The notes below the pieces were generated by a model, which ran no database searches, had not been told where the DNA came from, and saw only the letters and a list, made by a program, of their open reading frames with translations. This document shows positions 28,139 through 36,224 of a stretch of DNA of 64,000 bases, in pieces; within the stretch, counting starts at the first letter, position 1, and each line of letters starts with the position of its first letter. Where the stretch lies: assembly GCA_021802505.1 (NCBI GenBank), contig JAJZXE010000003.1, positions 8,926 to 72,925 of the forward strand. The letters run 5' to 3'. This stretch comes from Nanobdellota archaeon (GTDB lineage Archaea > Nanobdellota > Nanobdellia > Parvarchaeales > Parvarchaeaceae). Made by a program: the position numbers and the translations under genes.

Positions 28139-28192
28139 ATTCGTATTTTTACGGTACGAAACATTTAAATATTCGTATTATCATAGTACGAA
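28139..28192. promoter_or_regulatory. two copies of palindrome ATTCGTATT-N5-GTACGAA (TTCGTA-N9-TACGAA) flanking a TATA-like box
   Basis: Copy 1 is 28139-28160 and copy 2 is 28171-28192, with CATTTAAAT between them. Copy 2 ends 1 nt before ATG 28194. Confidence 0.6.
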
Positions 28193-28193
28193 T

Positions 28194-29447
28194 ATGGAAA
28201 TAGAAAATGAAATCACTATTTTGAATGACTGGTGGAAAAGTGGAAATATAAGCGGGGAGCTTGCGAAGGGATATAAGAGAAAAGTTTTTGTAGAGTTTAA
28301 GCGGCTGTTCAAAAGCCATCGCGAGGTGCTTGTCCTTTCCGGACTTAGAAGAGTGGGGAAAACCACAATCATATATCAGCAGATAATGGATTTGCTTAAG
28401 GAGCATAAGCCAAGGTCTATCGTTTACTTTACATTTGATTATGTAACAATAAATCTGGTAGAATTATTGGATACTTATTCCAAACTAACAGGTATAGACT
28501 GGAAACACGAGAAGATCTTCCTTTTTTTGGATGAGATCCAAAAATTGAAGGGGTGGAGCTCCCAGGTAAAAGTACTTTTCGATGCCTTTCCAAACCTTAA
28601 AATAGTGGTTTCGGGATCTGCATCTTTACAGCTGGAGAAGGATGCGATGGACAACCTGGCAGGAAGACACTTTATGTTGGAAATAAAACCATTGTCTTTG
28701 GTAGAGTTTTATGAGTTGAAGTATGGAAAAGTGATTGATAGGCCCGAATTATACAGAAGCGAATTTGTCGCGGAAACAGGTTCGTATATCAAGCGACCAT
28801 TTCCAGCGGCCGTTAAGTGGAGAGATGGCGACGTTTATGCATACATCCGTGAAAGTGTGCTTTCTAAAATTATAAGGGGAGATCTGCCGGACACTTTTAG
28901 GGAAGTAAATGTAGCGTTGTTAGAAAGGATGATAGATGTATTTTATAGCAACCCAGGTATGATCATAAATGTCGACGAAATGGCGAAGAATTTTAGTATA
29001 AGCAAGACTACGTTTGAAAAGCACATGTTTTTTCTGAAATTTGCCAAATTAATACGCACATGTGCAAATTTTCGCGGTTCAGCTATTTCTATGTCACGGA
29101 AAAACAAAAAAGTATATCCTTACGATATTTCCCTTGCGTTTCCGTTTAATCCGAATGTTGGTATTGGAACCGTCACAGAAACGAAAGTCGCTTCTGTCAT
29201 AAACGCAAAAATGTATTGGCGGGATGGAAAGGACGAAGTAGACTTCGTTTCAAACCAAAAAGGAAAAGTGGAAGGGATAGAAGTAAAAGCTGCTAATATC
29301 CTAACAAAATCTGATATGACGGGCTTGCATAAATTTGCCAGAAAGTTTGGTGCTAAGAAATTCTTGATATATAACGGGAAAAAAGGGAATCTAGACCGTG
29401 TAACTCTACTTAATTTCACAGATTTTTTAATAGCTGAAAAAGTATGA
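28194..29447 (+). CDS. AAA+ ATPase with DUF4143 (COG1373 family), second paralog
   Basis: Walker A GLRRVGKT and Walker B LFLDEIQ. Same architecture as 24616-25899. Confidence 0.8.
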   Translation: MEIENEITILNDWWKSGNISGELAKGYKRKVFVEFKRLFKSHREVLVLSGLRRVGKTTIIYQQIMDLLKEHKPRSIVYFTFDYVTINLVELLDTYSKLTGIDWKHEKIFLFLDEIQKLKGWSSQVKVLFDAFPNLKIVVSGSASLQLEKDAMDNLAGRHFMLEIKPLSLVEFYELKYGKVIDRPELYRSEFVAETGSYIKRPFPAAVKWRDGDVYAYIRESVLSKIIRGDLPDTFREVNVALLERMIDVFYSNPGMIINVDEMAKNFSISKTTFEKHMFFLKFAKLIRTCANFRGSAISMSRKNKKVYPYDISLAFPFNPNVGIGTVTETKVASVINAKMYWRDGKDEVDFVSNQKGKVEGIEVKAANILTKSDMTGLHKFARKFGAKKFLIYNGKKGNLDRVTLLNFTDFLIAEKV

Positions 29448-29544
29448 AATAATCTATTCTGATTTTCGTCTACCGTAATGTATACCCTACACATACCTTT
29501 GTAAATTAGGGTTGTTTATACACTTATGTTTAATATGAACATAA

Positions 29545-29684
29545 TTGACAATCTCCTAATCGCCTCCGAAGAACTTCACTGCAACAATCTTTTAGTCATA
29601 ACCTGGGACTACTAAGCTCAGGAAAAGATAGACGGCAAGACGATAAAGTTCATCCCACTGTGAAAGGGGCTCCTTAATATAAAG
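29545..29684 (+). pseudogene. decayed 3' fragment of a COG1373 ATPase gene (contains repeat copy B)
   Basis: Translates to IIDNLLIASEELHCNNLLVITWDY*AQEKIDGKTIKFIPL*KGLL. The intact gene 24616-25899 has EINNLLFASKDLHCNNLLVITWDYEAQEKIEGKTIKFIPLWKWLL. Confidence 0.75.
29574..29656. repeat. 83-bp direct repeat, copy B
   Basis: 79 of 83 nt identical to 25789-25871. Confidence 0.85.
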
Positions 29685-29905
29685 TAAACTTTCCTATTAG
29701 ATCAAGTTGACAAACATACAATCAAAACATTTAAATAAAAAACATAAGCATTCATATGTTTGACGGCTGCAAAGACAATAACAAAAAGAAATCATTAAAT
29801 GGTAGTTCCCATATATATTCATTTATATTACTTTCTTTTAAGACTGCTTCCTTCAGTAAGAGAGACAATAAAGTCAATCGATTCCGTATAAAATATAAAT
29901 ATCAA

Positions 29906-29989
29906 CGCTGGGTGCAGGATTCGAACCTACGCAGGGAAAATCCCAACTGGCTCTCAAGGCCAGCGCTTTAACCGCTCAGCCAACCCAGC
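29906..29989 (-). tRNA. tRNA-Ser (anticodon UGA)
   Basis: Reverse complement folds with acceptor GCUGGGU/ACCCAGC, anticodon arm CUGGC-CUUGAGA-GCCAG, a long variable arm and T arm GUAGG-UUCGAAU-CCUGC. Discriminator G. Confidence 0.9.
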
Positions 29990-30045
29990 AATATTTAACT
30001 ATATAACCACTTAGTCTAAATATAAGTATGTTTTATTTTTAAGAT

Positions 30046-30879
30046 TTGATGTGCATGGAACTGGATATTAAAGGGTTTTCCCTTGATAGGACATTGGATG
30101 CTGGACAGATATTCGCTTTTTTTAAAGAGAAAGAGCATTGGTACTCCTTTATAGACAAGCCCATCGCATTAAAACAAACAGGATCAAAATTAGAGATAAT
30201 GGGTGCGGGCAAGAGCGAAATCAAAGAGCTACTGGGTTTAAATGATAATATTGAAGAAGTCAAAGCGGAAATAGATAAAGATGATTTTATAGACAAAGCA
30301 ATCAGATACTCCGGTTCGTTAAGGGTGGTAAAAAGCGGATTATGGCCCGCTACACTGGGTTTTATTCTGTCCATCCAGTCAAACATAAATCTTATACTGA
30401 AAAGGATAAAGGCAATGTCTCGATTTTACGGCAACGACGGCGAGATAAACGGTATGCCTATAAAAAGTTTTCCGTCTTTTGATGTAATATACTCTAAGGG
30501 CTACGCGGCTTTAAAACGGTTTAAACTGGGATTCAGGACAAAATTCGTGTTTTCGGCCGCGGAATATTTCTACAGGAATGAAATCAGCGATAAATTCACG
30601 AAAGAGCAGATAAGCAGAAATCTTTTTGATATAGACGGCGTTGGGGAAAAAGTGCTTGATTGTATACTGCTGTATGGCCTGCATGACCTGTCTTCTTTCC
30701 CGATGGATGTGTGGATATCGCGGACGCTGTCGCTTTATTACGGTAGGATACTAAAGAATGCTAAAAATTACAGGGATAAAAGAAAAGCAATGACGGATTA
30801 TTTTGGCAGATATGCGGGGTATGCACAGCTCTTCATATATGATTACTCCAGGCTTAATTCAATCAGATCTAAAATTTAA
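30046..30879 (+). CDS. ogg: 8-oxoguanine DNA glycosylase / AP lyase (Ogg, HhH-GPD family)
   Basis: N-terminal LDAGQIF motif. HhH-GPD region DIDGVGEKVLDCILLYGL...FPMDVWI carries the catalytic Lys and Asp. Confidence 0.75.
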   Translation: MMCMELDIKGFSLDRTLDAGQIFAFFKEKEHWYSFIDKPIALKQTGSKLEIMGAGKSEIKELLGLNDNIEEVKAEIDKDDFIDKAIRYSGSLRVVKSGLWPATLGFILSIQSNINLILKRIKAMSRFYGNDGEINGMPIKSFPSFDVIYSKGYAALKRFKLGFRTKFVFSAAEYFYRNEISDKFTKEQISRNLFDIDGVGEKVLDCILLYGLHDLSSFPMDVWISRTLSLYYGRILKNAKNYRDKRKAMTDYFGRYAGYAQLFIYDYSRLNSIRSKI

Positions 30880-31969
30880 CAGTCTTTAATTCTTTGAGAC
30901 TGTCACTTATGATTTTTTTCATGTCTATTTTATCTTCCAACTCTTTTATTATATCCTGTGTAGACTTAGTGGCCGGGTTGCTTGATACCAGTGAGCAGCA
31001 GTCTTTGTATTCTTCTATTGAAAGGTCGTAAAAGCCGTATTTTATCGATTTTTCGATTATTTCCAGTTTGTTGTATCCGATGAAAGGCCGGAAAATCGGC
31101 AGGTCAATTCCAAAGCTTATGGCATTTATGTTTTCAATGGTCTGTGATGCCACCTGTGACAGTGCATCCCCCGTTATTATTGCCATGTATTTTTTATCCC
31201 TGCTTATCTCCTCCGCTAATTTCAACAGGAACCGCTTGAAAAGCACCAATTCGTACCTTTTTTCTATCTTAAGCGCGGAAACGCTGAAGTAATGAAAAGG
31301 GACAAGATATAAGTTAAGACCCGATTCAAACTCGCTAAGTTTCCCAGCTATCGTGTTTATCTTACCGTTAAGCGCCGAGTCCGGCGAGTTTAATGCGTAT
31401 ACATGCAGCAGGTCGACTTTAGACCCTCTTTTTATCAGTTCTATAGGGGCGATTGTTGAGTCTATTCCCCCCGAAAAAAGAGCTAGAAGTCTTCCGGAAC
31501 TGCCGATTGGCAGCCCACCCATACCTTTTTCAATGCTATAATTTATTATAAATGAATCCTTCATTATCTCAATTCTTATTTTTTCCCCGTTTTTATCAAA
31601 CCTCAACCCCAGCTCTTTTGCCACCTGTTCCTTTATTTCAACAGAGGTCTTGGCGTAGCTTTTGTCTACACGTTTAACGTCGATATTTACATTCTTGCGC
31701 TCACCGAGTATCTTCTTAAGCAGTTCCTCCAGCTGTTCGATTTTTCTGTCAATTATGTAAGCCTCGCTCGACCAGGATACTCCCGGCGTAAATTTTATTT
31801 TTTGCAAGTCTTCCTTATCATAATTTTCCAGTATCAACCTGCTTTCTACCGCTTTAATCGGTTTGTTAATCCTGTTTTTTATGTTTTTTACAAGAAGGCC
31901 TTGAAAGTATCCGCGTTGCTTCCCTTTTAATGCTATCTCATCATAATGAATTGAAAGTATTTTTTTCAT
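30869..31969 (-). CDS. thiI: tRNA 4-thiouridine synthase ThiI (THUMP + PP-loop)
   Basis: N-terminal HYDEIALKGKQRGYF and PP-loop LFSGGIDS. No rhodanese domain. Confidence 0.85.
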   Translation of the reverse strand: MKKILSIHYDEIALKGKQRGYFQGLLVKNIKNRINKPIKAVESRLILENYDKEDLQKIKFTPGVSWSSEAYIIDRKIEQLEELLKKILGERKNVNIDVKRVDKSYAKTSVEIKEQVAKELGLRFDKNGEKIRIEIMKDSFIINYSIEKGMGGLPIGSSGRLLALFSGGIDSTIAPIELIKRGSKVDLLHVYALNSPDSALNGKINTIAGKLSEFESGLNLYLVPFHYFSVSALKIEKRYELVLFKRFLLKLAEEISRDKKYMAIITGDALSQVASQTIENINAISFGIDLPIFRPFIGYNKLEIIEKSIKYGFYDLSIEEYKDCCSLVSSNPATKSTQDIIKELEDKIDMKKIISDSLKELKTVKF

Positions 31970-32397
31970 ATATCCAACACGACTCTAGCACTCCATTCTC
32001 CACCCTTATTTTGTACCTTAAGCAGGTGCATAGTGGCAGCCTTTACGTCAACAACGAACTGGTGCCTGGCGGGGTCAAGCTTCTCCCCCTTCGCGGTGCA
32101 GTAAGCAGTCCAGCTGTCAAGACGGTTTTCCACCTTTACATCCACATTACCAAAGATTAGTTGTTCAGTATCTTTATAGAATATAAGCCTGTCAAGGAAT
32201 CTTATCAAAAGAAGATCAAGATCCTTGGAGGTTACTTCAAATTCACGGGTTATTCTTGTGTTTATAGCGGTTGGGTTTTTAATCATCGTGTTCGCCAGTG
32301 CATCAGCCGCATATTCAAGCACCTCTTCTAAATTATCACCATGGACTTCAAATGCAACATCCGCTATAGATAGATTTTCTAAGAATTTGTAGCCCAT
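31966..32397 (-). CDS. archease (RtcB activator)
   Basis: 143 aa. The IADVAFEVHG start is typical of archease. Sits immediately downstream of rtcB and overlaps thiI by 4 nt. Confidence 0.85.
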   Translation of the reverse strand: MGYKFLENLSIADVAFEVHGDNLEEVLEYAADALANTMIKNPTAINTRITREFEVTSKDLDLLLIRFLDRLIFYKDTEQLIFGNVDVKVENRLDSWTAYCTAKGEKLDPARHQFVVDVKAATMHLLKVQNKGGEWSARVVLDI

Positions 32398-32398
32398 A

Positions 32399-35392
32399 TC
32401 ATCCCTTCACATTTGATAAAGGCGTGAATCTGCAGACCTTTTTTGAGAGGCCCGCCGCATCGACTGCATTTACCACTTCGTCTATGTCTTTATAACTGGC
32501 GCCGCTTTCTTCCGCTAAACCCGACCACGAAACGCTTTTTACATATATACCGTTCTTTAGCATCTTTTGAAATAGTTCTTTACCGTCTACCATGCTCCTG
32601 GCTTTTGTCCTGCTCATCGTTCTGCCGCTGCCATGTGCGGTAGAATTGAAAGTCTGCGGGGCGTTGGGGCCTCCGACCATTAAGTATGAACCTGTTTCCA
32701 TACTGCCTCCGATTATAACGGGAGAGCCGTCATTCCTGAATCGTTTAGGTATCTCTCTTCGTCCCCGTGGGTAAGAACCTGTGCTTCCTTTTCTATGGAC
32801 CAACAATTTCTTGTTTTCGCCGTCTATTTCATGCATCTCTAAGGATGCACGATTGTGTGCTATATCGAACAGCTGCTCAAGTCCGAGTTTATCCGCGTCT
32901 TTTTTGAAGGTTTCTGAGAAGGCTTCCCTTAGCTTGTGAAGGATAAGCTGCCTGTTTGCGAAACTTATATTTACGCCGCACCCCATTGCCTTATAGTAAT
33001 CCTGGCCTTCCTTCGAATCAAAAGGTGCACACGCCAGCTCTTTATCCTGAGTCTTTATCCTGTACTTGCTTTCCATTACACTTAGAAAAGTCTGTATGTA
33101 ATCGCTTGCTATCTGGTGGCCTGCGCCTCTTGAGCCCGTATGGAACATTATGACCACCTGATTGGGGAACAATCCCCACTTTTTGGCGAGCTTGTTGTCT
33201 TTTATATCGCCTGGTTTTATGTATTGGATTTCCAAGTAATGGTTTCCGGACCCGAGGGTGCCTATCTGTTTGACTCCCCTCGAAATTGCCATATCAGATA
33301 TCTTAGAGCTGTCCGCCCAGTCGGCTACTCCCCCGAGTTCAGTGGATCCGAGATCTTCTTTCCACCCATATCCTTTCTTGATAGCCCACTTTGCTCCTTC
33401 CTCAGATAGGTTTTTGAAATCCTTTTTGTCTATGTCTAGTTTGCTCTTGCTGCCCACACCCGCAGGCACCTTATTGAACAAATTATCAGTTAGCTCTTTT
33501 ATCTTTGGTTTGATATCTTTTATGGTAAGATTTGTAGTTATCAACCGCATGCCACAGTTTGAAACTAGTACCCCATTAGCCAGAAAGTTATGGTTTTCAT
33601 CGGCCATGCTTAAATCATATACCTGGCCATCAAACTTAGATTCTTCTATATTGATAATTTTATCGTAGACTAATCCGCTTGTGCCAATTTCCCGCGATTT
33701 ACAGAATTCTTCAAATCTTTCTATACCATAGATTCTGGGTATACCGCGGCTGTCAAAAATTGATTTGTATATGAAATTTTTCCCGGCTTCTTCACATTCT
33801 AAATTATTGACAATACGGCTGGCACTCCCTCTTCCGGTATACATTTCAATCGCACTTCTCTTTATAATCTCGCGTTTTTCTCTAACGGCATTCAAATATT
33901 GTAAGTATACCGCAGCCAAGCTTCCGAGTCTCTCTCTTTCTTTATTATAACTATAACCCACTTCGCTAAAAAATTTTATTAAGTTTTTGGTATTAGATTT
34001 TATGCCTAATCTAAATCCTACAGATTTTCCATCAATTCCAAAGTAATCATATCCCTTCACTCTAGTTGGATTTATGCATTCTATTCCGAGCTCCTTAAGT
34101 ATGAACTGTATATCTTTTATGAATAGAAGTGCACTCCGTTCAAGGCGTTCTAATTTGTTTACACTAAATGTCGGCGCACTAAAATTGTATCCATTATTGG
34201 TTTGCGGTTTTGATAATTCCGCACCGAAATACGCGGATATAAAAAGTCGCATCATCCATTTTTCACCATTTATTATCCATTTTGGTACCCTATATGCTAT
34301 TTTAGTTTTCTTTCCGATAGGAGTTCCCAGCAGAGCCAGTAAAATTATTATAGACTTATTCTGTACGTGTAAAGAATGTTCTATGCAGTCAAACTCTGAT
34401 ACACCATAGGCAGTATTAATCCTGCTATGTCTCGGTCTGCTATAGATTTTACCCTTAAATCCAAGTTCATTGACATCCATTAATATATTTTTCAAGTCGT
34501 CTTTTTTACCATAAAATGATAAAGTATTGGTTTTTGGAGTTGATACTATAGCCCCATCGCCAAATACAAAGCCCATTAATTTTATAAGGATTGGCAATCT
34601 ATTATCGTCACTATCTATCTCCGTTAGCATACGTTGCTTAAGTGAATTTAAAATCTGGGTTTTAGCATTCCCGTGTTCATTTGTTATTCCTAACTTATCC
34701 ATAAAATTTATTAATAAAGTTTCTGTAACTATTTTCTTGTGCTGGTTATTTCTGTACTCCACCCCGTCGAAACCAGAAATTGCTATTTCTTCGCGTTCCT
34801 TTAATTCTCCCGCTTTTACCATGCCATTTTTAGTTAAAACCGGGTGATCTTTGGTTAGTAATATATTTTTACCGCAATAAGTGGTGATTTTAGTTATCGT
34901 ATTTGCCCCTTTCCTTAAAATAAGCATGGGTTCTGTGTGCTTTTCAGTTTCACTTTTATAATCGAGACTTATCACAGTATCAGAATAATCAAAGTCTTTG
35001 ATAGGTTTCCATAGTCCGTGCCTGTTTAATATCCTTGTAGAACTGTGAAGACAATTGATATCAAATCCAACAATTCCAGGGGAGATAATGCCGCCATTGT
35101 TTACGTCGAAAGCTGCCACACCGCCGATAGGTGAAGAGTACCCGCTGTGGCCATCCGGCATGACAAAAGCATACTTCTCTATGCCTGGCAGCACAGCTAT
35201 GTTGGAAATCTGGTCAAAGACCTGGCTATCCATTCCTTTTAAGAGTTTTTCGGTAGCATATACTCTTACAGGGACTCTCATCCCCTGTTTGAAGTCCTTG
35301 TCTATCTCCCATATCGTGTCTGAAATCTTCGTGAACTTCGGCTCTTGGAAATCAATATCTGTTTTCATATTACAATCATTTATTACATACAT
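32399..35392 (-). CDS. rtcB: RNA-splicing ligase RtcB interrupted by a 499-aa intein
   Basis: Exteins total 113 + 385 aa, with PDGHSGY, GSGNHY, HTGSRG and AHGSGR motifs. The intein sits between FDIN and CGMRL. The true start may be ATG 35368 (MKTDIDF). Confidence 0.9.
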   Translation of the reverse strand: MYVINDCNMKTDIDFQEPKFTKISDTIWEIDKDFKQGMRVPVRVYATEKLLKGMDSQVFDQISNIAVLPGIEKYAFVMPDGHSGYSSPIGGVAAFDVNNGGIISPGIVGFDINCLHSSTRILNRHGLWKPIKDFDYSDTVISLDYKSETEKHTEPMLILRKGANTITKITTYCGKNILLTKDHPVLTKNGMVKAGELKEREEIAISGFDGVEYRNNQHKKIVTETLLINFMDKLGITNEHGNAKTQILNSLKQRMLTEIDSDDNRLPILIKLMGFVFGDGAIVSTPKTNTLSFYGKKDDLKNILMDVNELGFKGKIYSRPRHSRINTAYGVSEFDCIEHSLHVQNKSIIILLALLGTPIGKKTKIAYRVPKWIINGEKWMMRLFISAYFGAELSKPQTNNGYNFSAPTFSVNKLERLERSALLFIKDIQFILKELGIECINPTRVKGYDYFGIDGKSVGFRLGIKSNTKNLIKFFSEVGYSYNKERERLGSLAAVYLQYLNAVREKREIIKRSAIEMYTGRGSASRIVNNLECEEAGKNFIYKSIFDSRGIPRIYGIERFEEFCKSREIGTSGLVYDKIINIEESKFDGQVYDLSMADENHNFLANGVLVSNCGMRLITTNLTIKDIKPKIKELTDNLFNKVPAGVGSKSKLDIDKKDFKNLSEEGAKWAIKKGYGWKEDLGSTELGGVADWADSSKISDMAISRGVKQIGTLGSGNHYLEIQYIKPGDIKDNKLAKKWGLFPNQVVIMFHTGSRGAGHQIASDYIQTFLSVMESKYRIKTQDKELACAPFDSKEGQDYYKAMGCGVNISFANRQLILHKLREAFSETFKKDADKLGLEQLFDIAHNRASLEMHEIDGENKKLLVHRKGSTGSYPRGRREIPKRFRNDGSPVIIGGSMETGSYLMVGGPNAPQTFNSTAHGSGRTMSRTKARSMVDGKELFQKMLKNGIYVKSVSWSGLAEESGASYKDIDEVVNAVDAAGLSKKVCRFTPLSNVKG
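33557..35053 (-). mobile_element. intein with LAGLIDADG homing-endonuclease domain inside rtcB
   Basis: Begins CLHSSTRIL, block B is TKDHPVLT, the LAGLIDADG motifs are LMGFVFGDGAI and FISAYFGAELS, and it ends NGVLVSN before extein Cys. Boundary codons were checked against the nucleotide sequence. Confidence 0.85.
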
Positions 35393-35459
35393 AAATTAAT
35401 AGCTATAACCTCCATGAGGTCGTGTTTTAACCAGAATATTGCAAAATAGAGGGAGTTAG

Positions 35460-36224
35460 TCACCCGTTGCTCATATTGTTGTATCCTTTTAGTACATTAG
35501 CATTATCCTCTTCCAGTTTCATCTGATTTACTTTTTCAAGTATCTCTTTTTTGTCCATTTTTTTGCTGCACAATATTATTGTGTTTCCGGATCCCAGTGG
35601 ATTATTGACCAGGTATACTTTGAAATATTTTTTAAGTTTGTTTATATAATTTTGAAGGAAAACTATCGCCTTAAAACTCATAGCATAGTTTATGGCAAGC
35701 ACCCCCTCCTCAGTAAGTGCATTGTTTATGCTTTCCACCGTCTTTTCATCAAGAAATTCATCGGGTATTTTATCCCCGTCATATGCATCTAAGAACACCA
35801 ATTCATACTTTTTTTTGTTTTTATTCAGGAATTTTATGCCGTCTTCCAGAAATAAATTCACTTTTTTTATGTCTTCCGGAATGAAATCTTCTGCGAGTTC
35901 TATCATTTTTTCATCTATTTCAACTACATCCATTTGCACTTTTTTTCCGTATAATCTGTTTATCTGGTATACAATGGTTCCTCCGCCCAAGCCTATCATG
36001 AGGATATTTGACTTTTGGTAAAGCAATGGCAAAGGTGTGAAATAATCCCAATAAGAACCTGTAAACAGTTTATTTTCATTTCGTCTCGAATAAGTTATTC
36101 CGTTAAATTTTACGCTTAGTCCATCAGGACCTTTTGTAAGCGTAAGAATCTTTTTATCGTCTTTTTCTGTTTTTATTATTTTTTCTCCTTTTATTCTCTC
36201 AATTATTTTATTTATTACGTTCAT
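35460..36224 (-). CDS. spermidine synthase-like / class I SAM-dependent transferase
   Basis: ILMIGLGGGT, VVEIDEKMIELA and VFLDAYDGD motifs. Confidence 0.55.
   Translation of the reverse strand: MNVINKIIERIKGEKIIKTEKDDKKILTLTKGPDGLSVKFNGITYSRRNENKLFTGSYWDYFTPLPLLYQKSNILMIGLGGGTIVYQINRLYGKKVQMDVVEIDEKMIELAEDFIPEDIKKVNLFLEDGIKFLNKNKKKYELVFLDAYDGDKIPDEFLDEKTVESINNALTEEGVLAINYAMSFKAIVFLQNYINKLKKYFKVYLVNNPLGSGNTIILCSKKMDKKEILEKVNQMKLEEDNANVLKGYNNMSNG

Larger units (their letters stand above)
25872..29573. mobile_element. candidate degraded integrated element or insertion bracketed by the 83-bp direct repeats
   Basis: Segment between repeat copies A and B. It carries the pilin-signal DUF2341 gene, a frameshifted recombinase-like remnant and a second COG1373 ATPase. 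tRNA-Ser lies 250 nt beyond copy B. Confidence 0.35.

Noticed and set aside
29756-29971. 71-aa plus-strand ORF
   Set aside because: Its 3' part is the antisense of tRNA-Ser(UGA). The rest is AT-rich intergenic sequence.
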